From Gnetum montanum (taxonomy: Eukaryota; Plantae; Gnetophyta): 64,000 nucleotides of DNA. The DNA is taken from assembly GCA_015680685.1 (NCBI GenBank), contig MNCI01000614.1:118692-182691 (forward strand), given 5' to 3'. Positions 1-12,437 of the stretch are shown here, piece after piece. Numbering within the stretch: position 1 is the first letter of the stretch; each line of letters begins with the position of its first letter. The notes beneath the pieces were generated by a model. It ran no database searches, was not told the DNA's origin, and worked only from the letters and a program-made list of their open reading frames with translations. The translations under genes were made by a program, and so were the position numbers.

Positions 1-637
1 AATGCATGAGTTCGACTTGATTACGAGCATTGGCTGCTTGGTAACCCAGTAGCGTATTCCAGGATTCTGCGCTTGGTAATCCCAGTGGTAGTCCAATGTG
101 TACGGCTAGTCAAGGAATCGGCTACTCATTGCTAGGCTAGAACGTGTGATAAGTACGACTTAGTTACGAGCACCCACGGGTGTGTACGGCTAGCTAAGGA
201 ATCGGCTGCTTATCACACTTAAGCTAAATAGGTGCCTCAGTACGACCACTTCGAGCACTTGCGTTACGTGTGGTGATCCCAGTAACGATTAGCGTTTGGT
301 AAGCCACAGTTGCATAGTTCAGGGTGTGTCCGGTAAGTGGGAACGGATGCTGACGCTAGTTAATTTAGACTTAGGACATTAGTTAGAGTTGGTTAGTTTC
401 TCAACCCTTTCCCCTGATAGCATAGAAGATAAACCGAAAAATACCAAAAAAATCACATACCTCAGACTTGCTTAACCATACACCGTGACACTTACAAGCA
501 AGCCTGGGAAGACAACGAATGATTAACCCCAAGTGTTTCTTGTGGTGTTAAGGCATTTAGTCTGCGGAGTTCAACCGGATCGCGCGTGCACGCTCGTATT
601 CGTATGGTTGAGTGTAGGGGTACCTCGCCACTCATCA
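1..637 (+). mobile_element. 3' part of an Athila-like gypsy LTR (same family as the 41774-48836 element); solo LTR or 3' LTR
   Basis: Closely matches the reverse complement of 41774-42370. Ends in ...GGGGTACCTCGCCACTCATCA at 637 and is not followed by the family PBS (TGGCGCC...). Confidence 0.85.
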
Positions 638-799
638 ATTGGTATGAACAAATGTTGGTATTTATGGGGGTGAACAAGATCCAATACATCACATCAACGA
701 TGACCTATGTAGAGCTACAATGTCATAGATACAATATCGTAGATGCAATATTATGGATATGATATCATAGCTTAATGAAAATAGGTATTATCAGCTATC

Positions 800-3700
800 C
801 TTTCAAAAAATATATGAAAATGCCTAATGAAAATTTATGTCAACTTTATATAAATTCTCTAGGTTAGAAATTAAATTTTCAAAATCCTTTTTCTTCTTTC
901 TATTCAAGCCATAGAGGCTAGAAGCTTCATTCCAAGTAATCTATCTATCATGCATACATATATAAGAAATTGTAGTGATAACAAATTTGCTTTTAGTGAT
1001 ACACAATCTAGATGCATTAGTAGCCTAAGCTCCTTCATTAAAAGAAAGCTAGAATGAGCTAATTTGCTTAAGCATATCTTCTAAAACTATAATATGATTA
1101 TAATTCCAATATTTACTAAGCTTACCCAATGTCTTCTTAATTTGTTTAAGAATTGGAGAACCAGAAATAGAAATGACCTAAGTAAAAAAAAGACAATGAA
1201 GAAAGTTATTAGAAGACCAATTGTTAATATTCTTAGGTTTTCCTTACATAAGTCTATTTCTTGAAAAGAGCATCTAAAAATCATATCCATTAATGCACTT
1301 TACAATCCATTTTGCTACAAGAGAAATACCCTATTTATAATAATTAATGAGACCAAGTCCTCTATCTTTCTCACTACTGATGCAAATATACCAAGCAACT
1401 CTAGATTAACCTTTTCTATGTTGCTTAGCATACCAAAGAAACCAAAAAATAATATGATCAATTCTATCATAAGAAGTTTTAGAAGGAGCCCAAAAGCTAG
1501 AGTAATAAAAATGAGTTGATTGAAACATTTTCTTAATAACTAAAACTTTTCCAACAAGGGTGAGCTTTTTTTTTCTTTTCATTTATCAAGCTTCTTTTAA
1601 ATTTTATCAACCCCATAATTTCAAAAAATAGTAAGATTAAATTCAAAAGAGAAACCTATTTCTAAAATTTTGAAAAAAAAATTATTTTTCAAGATTTTCC
1701 AAGACTTGAGAGTAACCCACTCATCAATACTTCTATTGCAATAAATAATAAATTTTTTTGCCAATTGATACAAGAGATAGATAACATGCAATAATTCTCT
1801 ACTCTAGTTAAAAGAGTATTGATGTGTTGCAAAGAATTTTTGATAATAAAAAAAAGAATCAATGGCAAAGTACATGTTAAGCAATTGTGTACCTTGATCA
1901 TCAATTGAAATTACCTTAATGAAATTCCCTTGTAAATCATAATGCAGATTATGTAAAAGAAATTTTGTAGCAATAATAAAAAGATATGAAGCTAGAGAAC
2001 AACCTTAATAGAGTAATCATTAAAGAGAAACAAAGGAACTTGATCCAAAATTAGTAGTAACTTGAGCATTAGTATTAGTGAGCAGGGTATAGATAAGATG
2101 AATAAAATAATCATCAGATTAGAGAGACAAGAAATACTAAAATTTCATTCAATCATGTCATAATATTTGGCATAATATAACTTAATAAAATCAATGTATT
2201 GGTAGTATGAGAAGCCCACTACATTCCCTCCCAAGTTGCAATAACATTATGTAAGATATGTCTACTTTTAACAAAACTAGTTTGGTTAAGTTTGATGATA
2301 TCTTTAATAACCATATGAATTTGACAAGCCATGCATTTAGCTAAAATTGAATAACTATTGTTAATAAGAGTAATAGGCCTCCAATTACCAATATGTTGAA
2401 GATATCCATTCTTAAGAAGAGGACTAATCACATCTTTATTAATATTTTTACCAAGAGAAACTTTATTAATGGCTATTTGAAAAACATGAAAGAGATAATC
2501 TTTAATGATGCTCCTATGCTTCTTAAAATATTCAATAGGAAAACCATCAAAACCTAGAGCTTTATCATCTACTAAACTAAAGGTTGTTGATTTGATTTCT
2601 TTCCCTATAATTTCTACTTCAAGAATACTTCAATGCACTTCTATTATAAGATGTGAAATATGCAAACTAGAGGCCTAGAATGATTTCTTGTCAAAACTTT
2701 AAGAAGATAAAATAGAAGAAAAATGATTTGCTAGAATAATGATGGAATTATTTATATAAATTGATTCCAGCTTAGGTACTCCCCATTTTGTTGGGACATG
2801 ATTAGGATGATGATGATGATTTTAGTTTAGGTACTTGACCCTTTTCTTTTAAAAACTTAAAAAATTCCTCATCAGATTCATCTTCAATTTTTAGCCAATT
2901 CATGCAACTTTTAAAGCTAAAACTAAAACTACAATTTTTTTTAGAACCCAAGGATCTATTAGATTAGTTTCAAAATGTTTTTTTTTTAAAATTTATAACT
3001 TCATGCTACCTTATAAAATCTAGCTTGTGACCTGGAGTGACCAGGTAAAGGCTATTACCACTAAGCTAACACCTCATTCTTAAACTTGAACTTTTAGTGA
3101 GAGTACTTTTAGATTTAAAAATATCCCAATAGTATTTAGCATAACAAGTTTTAGCCAAGGCTTTTTGAGTTTCAAAATTAAAGGAATTCTCATTTAGAAA
3201 AATTTATATTTGTTTGATAGATTTTGTAAAATCTTCTTCAACTTGACACTTCTACTTAGCAAATTACTTTCTATAACATCTAGCATAGTTCTTAACTATA
3301 CAAGTAGTTCATTGTCACTAGTCAATCCAACTAATATGACTAGTAGGCTTTTTTTCTGCATTCTATAAAGACTTCAAAATATTTTCTCACTAGGTCTTGT
3401 GAACATATTAGCATTCATAGGAAAATCCTCATGCTTTTGAAAGGAGGAAAAATTCATTCTAGAAAGAAAAATGCTAATAGGAAAATGGTCTAACAAAGTA
3501 GCATCTCTATTCACTTCTACTTTGCTTGTAGACTTCCAAAAGAAAATATTAGAGATGTAAAATTTATCAAGTTGACAATAAATTCTATAATTTTCTTATT
3601 GATAATTAAACCAAGTATAGTGCTTCTTATTTGAATGATGTGGGAATAAAAAGCTAACATTAGAAAGAAAATATTTTTCTTTAAAATTGCACCAATGTTC

Positions 3701-4600
3701 TTTTTCTTGAAAGACATATTAGAAGGAAGACCTCCAAGTTCATTGAAATGACTTTCAACCATTTTGAAATCATCTCTAGTAATCTAAGAAACTTTAGGAA
3801 AAGATAGAAGATATTTCTAAACCTTTGATTGATTTTTTAAATTATTAGGAACATAGATATTACAAAGTCTAAAGTCTAATTTTTCACCATGATAAGTAAT
3901 CCAAATAACTCTTCTAAGTTTAATAAAACTAGAATTCAAAACTTTTCTAGTTCAATTTTTATTAACAAGAATCGCAAAACCTCCTTTATTAACTTCATGA
4001 ACAATAATAAAAATAATATAGTTTTTAAAAATCTATTTACCAGAAAAACTAATATCATGCACTGAATTCTTAATTTCTTGCTAGAAAAGAAAACATGGAG
4101 AGAAATGCTAATTTGAAAGATGATTCCTAATAATCTTTGCATTGGACCTATTAGAAAGATCCTAAGCATTTCATGATAAAACTAATATCTGGATGTGGAA
4201 GAGGAGGCCCTCATCCTTGAATTTTCAAGCTCAACATTTATTTTAAAATCCATGTTACTAATAGGTGAAAAAGCATTGTTTGATAAAAAAGCATTTGGAA
4301 CCTTAGTAGAAGTAGAAAGAGAAGGAGATACCTTTGGGATTATTAAATCGATTGCAGTATCTATAGGCCTCTTCTTTTTATGTTGCATAGAGTGAAATCC
4401 ATCTTTGTATTTTCATTGCTAGTCCCTACTAAAACTTTCTTTTTTTCCAAAGAGGAATTTTCTTTAGATATTGAGAAGTTATTAACACCTTTAGAATTAA
4501 AATGATTAGTAAAAAGTTAAAAAATTATTGAAGAAAATTTAGTTTGTGCTTGCTAAAAAGTACCATTATCTTCCTTTTCTAACAAGTGTTATTTCTTTTC
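800..4600 (-). mobile_element. Degenerate L1-type LINE (ORF1 tail, ORF2 endonuclease and RT)
   Basis: Minus-strand remnants NWRPITLINNSY..LAK (2219-2431), KALGFDGF (~2550), the endonuclease DHFPISI-like motif (~3480) and DFNE-like motif (~3750). Many stops and frameshifts. Confidence 0.85.
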
Positions 4601-4689
4601 CTCATGAATACTTTTTTTATTGAGAATAGAATAGAGTCTAATAACATAACCATCGTAAACAGATTTTGTAAATTATAGTATAAATTTTT

Positions 4690-5496
4690 TTTGAAAAAAC
4701 ACTACTGTTAAGAAGAGTAGTAGGCCTTCAATTACAATATGTTGAAGAGCTCCATTCTTAAGAAGAAAATGAATCATACCATTATTAATATTTTTTTCAA
4801 GAAAATATTTTTTAAAGGCTTCTTGGAAAATATGAAAGTGATCATCTTCAACAATGTCTGAATTCTTCTTAATAAATTCAATAGAAAAACCATCAAAACC
4901 TAAAGCTTTACCATATGCTAAACTAAAGGTCATTGCTTTAATTTTTTTCACTCTAATTTTTGCTTTAATAATAATTTGATCTACTTCTATTATAAGATGA
5001 GGAATATGTGTACTAGAGGCTTAAAAGGATTCCTTGCTAAAACCTTCATAAGAAAAAAAATTAAAAGAATAGTGATTTGCTAAAAAACTATTAATAGTCT
5101 TAAGATCTTTAAAGATGGAATCATTTATATAAAGTGATTATAGTTCAAGTACTTGACCGGTTTCTTTTAAAAATTTAAAAAATTCCTTGTAATATTCATC
5201 TTCAATTTATAGCTAACCTAGATGACTTTTAGTGAAAGCACTTTTAGCTTCAAAAGTATTCCAACATTGTTTAGCGTAATGAGCTTTATCCAAGGCTTTT
5301 TGTGTTTCAAAATCTAAAAGAAATTGCATTTATTTTATGAATTTTGCAAGATCTTTTTCAACTTGATGCTTATTCTTAGTAAATTGCTTTCTAAGCCATC
5401 TAACATAATTTCTAACTCTACAAGTAGTTCACTACCACTAGTCAATCCAACTAATATTACTATTAGATGTTTTTTCTATATTTCATAAAGACTTCA
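4690..5496 (-). mobile_element. Second L1 ORF2 fragment, paralogous to ~2360-3376
   Basis: ORF 4673-4951 (KALGFDGFSIEF) and clear nucleotide similarity to 2360-3376. Similarity stops at ATAAAGACTTCA (5496), where a copia LTR begins. Confidence 0.8.
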
Positions 5497-7500
5497 TGAA
5501 GAATCTAAAGGGCTCTGAATCTATGATCTAAGATAAAAGAAAATAAAAAACTTAGAAAAAACACACTTTTGTGAAACTCTCTTAAATTCTCTTACTAACA
5601 AATATGTTCTGTTACAATTATATAGGCCTTGATCTCCCAAAAATAGATTTGAAGAGAGAAGCATAAACGTAGGAAATCATGGGGATGATCCTTATCATCT
5701 CATTTAAGAATCTTCATAATAGGGGATGAACTAAACATGGGATTAAAGATGAATTACATGAATATAAAATCTCATCTTATTTAATATAGACTTATGAATG
5801 AGATCTATATAGTTCTTTTATGAAGCATATAGTCATCACATTTGACAAACCCCCCCAATGATGGTAAGAGGTTCCACTCCAAAGAAGTCTCAGAAAGATT
5901 CAAACTTCTCACAACTCAGAATCTTGGTAAAAATATCTATAATTTGTGCTTCAATCCCATAATGTTCCATGCTGAGTATGTTGTCTTGGATTAAGCTTTT
6001 TAGATGATGATGCTTGGTATCTATGTGCTTGGAATGGCCATGATGAACAAGATTGTGTGTCATTGCAATAGCACTTGTGCTATCAGTGTATATACAAGTG
6101 GAAGGTTCAAGTGTATATCCAATTTCAGTGAAAATGGAATGGATGCATTTAGCCTAAGTAGTAGTGTTAGATGTAGCAATGTATTCTACTTTAGCTATTG
6201 AGAGGGAAACTATAGTTTGGTTCTTTAATGCCCAGGAGATAAGTGATGGACCAAAGAAAAAATAAAAACCAAAACTTGATTTACAATCTTCAAGGTCACC
6301 TCCCTAGTCCACATTAGTATATCCCCATATCTTGAAATTTTTATGTTGATGAAATGTGATCCAAAAATCTATCATAGTTTTTAGGTATCGCAAAATCCAC
6401 TTTGTAGCTTTCCAATGTAATTCATGTAGATCTTGCATGAACTGGGAGAGGTAATTTACAACAAATTAGATGTCTAGATGGGTATTGAAAAGATACATGA
6501 GACTATGAACAAGGGAATGGTATAATGAAGGATTGAAGGATGGGGATGTGTCATCCTTAGTAAGTTTTGTGCCAAGGGAGTGGTGTATCTAAGGGATTAC
6601 AATTAATCATGTCAAATTTCTCAATTAAGGATTGGGTAAATTTCATTTGGCATATAGAAATTGATTTTGGTCTTTGGATAACTTGAAATCCCAAAAAATA
6701 TAGCATCTTCCCTAGATTAGACTTTTCAAATTCATTCTTCATGGCATCAAGAAAATTATTTCCTATGGAGTTGTAGATAAAAAATAGATTTAGTCATCTA
6801 CATATAAACAAACAAAAATGTAATCATCACAAGATACCTTTTTGTATATAGTTTTTTGGGATTGAATATTGGTGAAGCCTTCTTACATGAAAAATTCATG
6901 AATATGTGCCTACCATACATGTGGAGCTTGCTTGAGCTCATATAATGCTTTATGGAGCTTGTAAACATGATTTTTCATTCCTTCATCAATGAAACTTGGT
7001 GGCTACTCCATGTAAGCTTCTTCATCAAGGAATCTATTAAGAAATGTAGAGGCCACATCTAGTTGATAAATCACATGGCTCACTTATGTGGCAATAACAA
7101 GAAAGATTTTTACAAATTCCATCTATGAAACAGGAGTAAAGCTATCATCAAAGTCTCTACCTTGCTGCTGGAGATATCCTTTGGCAACTAGGCAAGCTTT
7201 GAATTTTTCCACTAGACCATGTTGATTTATTTTAATTTTAAAGATCCATTTTAATATAATAATTAGCTTACCAAATGGATGAGAAACAAGGCTTCAAGTA
7301 TTATTTTTGTGAATTTTTTGTAGCTCTTTCTCCATAGTAGCAATCCAATGTTCATCTTGTGCTAATTCAACAACACAAGATGGTTCCATAAGATCATCAT
7401 CACTTTCCTCCATTGACACGAGTAGTGCAAAAAATTCATCATCCATTGTAGTGAAGAGAGCATTTCCAGCAAGTTTCAAATCCTGGTTGGTTGATCATTG
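5497..7500 (-). mobile_element. Truncated Ty1/copia element: 3' LTR (5497-5847), PPT, RNase H and RT remnants
   Basis: TG..CA-bounded ~350 bp LTR with an adjacent purine tract (plus strand AACCCCCCC, 5848-5856). Minus-strand motifs EP...QDEHW..MEKEL..IHKNNT, MKNEFEKSNLGKMLYFLG, KHIDT.HH and DIFTK. Confidence 0.85.
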
Positions 7501-7699
7501 TCCTCCCAAAAGTGACTGTGGGTCATGTGTTGATGAAAATTCATATCTAGCATTTGGGAAGCTAGGTGATAGGTAGTCAATCAAGAAGAGGATGAAATCT
7601 GTGATGGAGCAAAGACAGAAGGCATCATGAAGGGAGCAATGGAACCCAAGGTAAGAGTGGGTGAGGAATGACCACTATGGTAAGAAGGGCAGTGTATTC

Positions 7700-9300
7700 T
7701 TTACAAAATTAGTAATAGCTAGTATCCAACTTGGAGCATTGATAGAAAGAAAAATGGTTGGCATTGATCCCAGAAAATGAGAAGGAAAAGGATGGTAAAT
7801 AATTGCACACTTTATCTCCCAATTTTAGCATTGCCCCATATGCTAAAAATATTGTGGTAGGGCACATGAGACCTCCACTTTTAGTGGAATAGGATTATAA
7901 GTGGAGTTCTTTAAGGGTGTAAAATGATCATGCAGTAAAATTTGATCATTTTTTTGGGTTGTGCTACTTTGGAATTTAGTAGGGGATTGAAAATTATTGG
8001 TAGGAGTCTATGCCACAGGATAATCATATTCAGGATTTTCAAAAATGGTTGATGGGTGATGGTACGAAAATGTTGAGTATAGGTATAGTGAATAAGTAGG
8101 TAAATGTTGGAAAAATCATGGATATTCAACAAAAGAGATGGGAGGAAAAATACCTTGATTAGCATCATGATTATTGTGGAATTTAAGATGGTGGAAAATA
8201 TGCCATAGTAGAACATCTAGTTGTGGACAAAAACAATGTTTGGCAGATGATGTTGAGTGCCCACATTATGAGTTGAATGGCTATGGTTGTATGAGTGTGG
8301 GTGCAATGCAATGAGGAATAGCTGTATGTAGCATTGGGTGCAATGTAGGGATCATTTTATGTCATTTGATGGACTATATGTTGCATTAAAGTGTCTATCA
8401 TTAGGGCTAAATGAATTATGAAACACCACGAAGAAAACTCATGCTGTAACTATTTTGCATTGTAACTCTCACCCCATGAAACCTGAGGCTAAAATTTCAT
8501 TATAAAATGTGAAGATTGCAATCCAAAAGATGAAAATTCACATTCTTTAGTTTTTGGGGGTGAAAAATGTCTCATAGTTTTTGTGGAGGGGGAATGGTGT
8601 TACAAATGCATTTTGGACTACCAAAATTGGCATTTTAATGGGTTTTTTTGGGGGTATAACATTTGCTACACTAGAAACACTTGCATGTGAGGGGGAGGGG
8701 TGGTTGGGTGTAACATCACCCATGCCAAACATTGGGGGTATAACTTTGACCCCCCTAGCATTGCTACTACATCCCCTCAGCATTGCACCTTCCCCCTAGC
8801 ATGGCCCCAGTAACCTTAGCATGGCTCCTGTAGCCCCAATGTAGGTGTTATACCCCCAGCATGGGTTTTATACCCTTGGGCTCAACATTGCTCTTGGAAG
8901 GCTAGTGTGAAAGGAAGAAGCTAGTGTGGGTAAAATTTACACTTACTAATTTTAGTAAAAGAAATGGTTTTGATGTTATGGGGCTATCAAAACTTGCCAT
9001 ACATAGTAACCCAGTTGGATTTGAACACCTGCAACACTTGTAGATAACATTAATTTGTTAGCAATTACGTAGAAATTTGCAGTAAAATTCATGGACATAC
9101 AACCTATATAATCCAAACTTGTACACTATGAAAGGGTTCCACCATTTTTGAATCCCATACCTTTTAGAATCCCTTGCAAACACAAAGCTTTTGGAAAATT
9201 TCAACATGGAACCCATAGGCATTGTAACCCCTTTTACCCCTTGAGATTGTGTGTGGTCCTACATCAACACTGAGTAACCTAGGCATCAAGACTCATAATG
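7700..9300 (-). pseudogene. Decayed retrotransposon accessory-gene remnant (putative plant transposon protein / Athila-Tat extra-ORF-like)
   Basis: Minus-strand peptides VHEFY (~9085), SVAGVQIQLG (~9030), FYCMII (~7935) and LAYGAMLKL (~7835) resemble the LVREFY / LPYG pattern of this family. Heavily disrupted. Confidence 0.35.
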
Positions 9301-10279
9301 TGGCTCTTGTTTGCAACTCAAAACTCCCACACATCTCATTCCCCTATACCACCAACTATGCAGATTTGGTTAGGATTGTAGTAAGGTTTCACATTTTTAG
9401 GAGTTGTGAAGCTGACTATCACATTCAAGGCTACTTGTTTCAATAGATTCCAAGCATCCATTGAAGTGAATGCCCATTGCATCCTTAGGCATCCCCTTTG
9501 TACACATTTTTGAATGCCCTTTATTTTTACAATAAAGTTCAAAGTTCCATCTTTTTGTGTAAGTTAGATTTATTATTTTTATTTTATGCATTATTTTCTT
9601 AGATCTACATTATATTTTCATTTTTGTTATCCTTGTTTTACATTTTCTAAGTCCCTAGGTGATCTGCTGGACCATCCATGGTACCTTAGATCCTATTTTT
9701 CATAGATGCCCTTGGGATTTGGGGTTAAAGCTATTTTGCACCTGGAATCTTTGATTACTTAACATTCAAATTTTTCTAGTGTAATAGTTTTTCATGCTAG
9801 AAGAAGGGCCTCCACTTAAGTTCTATGTCTAATCTTATTTCTTATTCTAACAGCATTGCCTATTGGTTGAAAACTCTAAATTTTTTTAGCCAGAATCTTT
9901 AAATTTTCACAACACCTGATGTTGACACCCATACCCTCCTACCACAAAAACCTAGTGTGGAGGTTGCAGGAAATTTGTGTTTTGAAAAATTTCATAGTAG
10001 TTGCTAAAAATTTGAAAGCTAGTGTTGGTGTCTAGCCAAAACCTTTATCCGTTTTGCTGCAAAAATTTTCCAACAAGGCCAACGTTGGTGATTCCATCAC
10101 CCAAAACCTCATACTCTGCTATGAAAATTTCATAGCAAAGTTAGTGTAAATTTCATACCCCTAGTATGGGTGTTTGGATTTTGGTAGAAAATTCAAAGCA
10201 GTTGCTAGATTTCTTTTAACCTAGCATGGGTGTTTAGGTTTTGGCAGAATCCTTAGAGTAGTCATTGTATTTTCTAAAG

Positions 10280-10485
10280 CTAGCATAGGTGTTTCACCCC
10301 CCAACATGGGTGTGTCATGCCCCTTAGTGTGGGTGTCATAACCCCCTAGCATGGGTGTATCATACCCCCCAGCATGAATGTGTCATAACCCCAGCGTGGA
10401 TGTCATACCCCCTAGCATGGATGTCTATCATACTCCCCTAGTGTGGATGTGTCATATCCTCTAGCATGGGTGTCATACCCCTAGA
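10280..10485. repeat. Tandem array of ~22-25 bp units (consensus CCCCCAGCRTGGGTGTGTCATAC, ~9 copies)
   Basis: Directly visible. Looser copies of the CCYAGCRTGG motif occur at 8700-8930 and 9930-10270. Confidence 0.85.
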
Positions 10486-10799
10486 CCATCCAAACCCCCC
10501 TGCTACGAAATTTTTTTTAGCAAAACCCACTTCGTTTTTCAAAAAGAACATTGTTTTGGCCAAGATAAGGGAACCCCAACATAATGCAAGTGGGTAGAAT
10601 AATTGTTGCCAATTTACCCTCTTACCCCACCTCCCTCTAGTGCAGCTCTTATTGGCAAGGCCAACATAGTTGGATTTTTCAACACAAAATCTCCACACTT
10701 TTTTTTCTCAAGTGTAGGGTATATCCTCTATCATCACTTACACTACCATAGTAACATTAATAGTTATTTCCATTTATAGCCAATTGCACCATTGGAAAA

Positions 10800-12025
10800 C
10801 CCAACTTGCTAAAAGTTTTGCTGAGAATAGTAAGCGGTCAAAACAACATCTTTTAATAATGTCTTTCAATCGATCAATTATCTTGCTCCTTAACCTAACA
10901 AATATGACATTTGGCCAAGATGTAGTTTGTGTTTATGTCTCAAAGGAACCATAGTCATAGAGCGAAGGCATTCACTTAGGCAAAGAGGCAAAAACTCAAA
11001 TTTCGCAATTATCAATGAGGAGTTCTGTCACTTCCTCTATGTCAAGATACAAGCCAGACACCTAATACCACACTCCAAATTTGATGCTACACATCAATTT
11101 GAAATCATATGCTAGGATGGGAAAGAATACATCCCATCTCCTGATGAACAAATCCCCCTCATTGACTTTTATGCACAAAGGCTCATACAACTCATAGTGG
11201 TTGATGAGTTTAGTGAGGGAATTAGCTCAAAGGATCATCAAGAAGAGGAAGATGAATTTGAGGTTGAACAAGAGCCATACACCTTCATTGAAAGTATTTT
11301 CTAGTCTTTGGCTCCCCAAACAATTGCACCTAACTCCATGTCTCTTACCTCATCGATGGGAGAAGTCCCTCAGCCTAACTCTCCTCCTATCCATCCTACC
11401 ATGTTCAAGTGTCCAAATTCTTTGTAAATTGCATCAATTTTGTAATTTGTACAACATGGCACTTAAGAGTTATTTTATTTGTCAAATCCATAACTTAGTT
11501 AGTTCCATATTTTCCTAAATTTTTTAAGAAACTTAATTCCATTTTTGTTTACTCAAGGATAAGTTTTTAGTTAGTCATGGGGGTATGATGAAGCATCAAT
11601 AAGATAGCTACGTTGATGCATTCCCAATGATGCAGCCCCATGGATGCATCCCCGTTGATGCATCTCGGGATGCATTCATTCATGTGCATCGACACTAATA
11701 CTCTTGAAGCCTATATAAGTGAGTACATCAACCTTGTTTATGACATCATTTTAGTCACTTTTTTAGAAACTCTCTTGTAGTTTCTTTTTATAGAACTTAG
11801 CAAACTTTTCCCTTTGAGTTCCCGTAGCATGAATTGAATTTATTGTATGGAATTATATTTGAGTGGAATATGTAACTAGACATAGTTGCATTAATGGTAA
11901 TAAATTTGAGATTTCTTCTATCCATCAAAATACTTGGATTAGTTTAAGTTTATTTTCTAGTATTTTACTTTGAATGCAATTTTCTTTCTTGTTCTTATTA
12001 TTAAGCATCCAATTTTTATTATTAG
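10800..12025 (+). mobile_element. 3' region of an older Athila-like element: extra-ORF remnant, PPT and truncated LTR starting at 11586
   Basis: TAGTCATGGGGGTA-TGATG junction equivalent to the PPT/LTR junctions at 21091-21109 and 42798-42815. GATGCATC motif array followed by CTATATAAG TATA. Acidic ORF remnant (EEEDEFEVEQE) upstream. Confidence 0.6.
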
Positions 12026-12437
12026 GTATACCAAGAATCCACTACTAGGGTTACCAAATGTTAATATATTATGCTAGAAGTGGTCTGACTCATGCTAATA
12101 CAAGATCAAATATTAAATTGTTAAGTGTTGAAAACTAAAGTGCATCAAGAGTAAAATGCTGAAAATAAACTAAGTGCTAGTCCAAGTGTTGCAATGGAAG
12201 GAATTAGTTTTGATTTTACTGCCATCATGTAGAAGTGTTTAGGTACATCATCTATTTGAATAAAACTTTGTAAAATTAATCAATCCATACTACAAGCACT
12301 TAGAGTGAAATTTGGCTAAGTCCTATGAAAGAAAACTACAAGAGTCCAGCTACTAGAATGACCAAGGATGCCTTAAAACACAATAGATGATTTGTATATA
12401 TAGGCATTTATTGCAATTACAAAATGGTATATACAAC

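Noticed and set aside
638-655. TGGTATGA after the first LTR as a Met-tRNA PBS
   Set aside because: The match is only 6-7 nt, this family uses a TGGCGCC-type PBS, and the downstream sequence resembles an older reverse LTR rather than a leader or gag.
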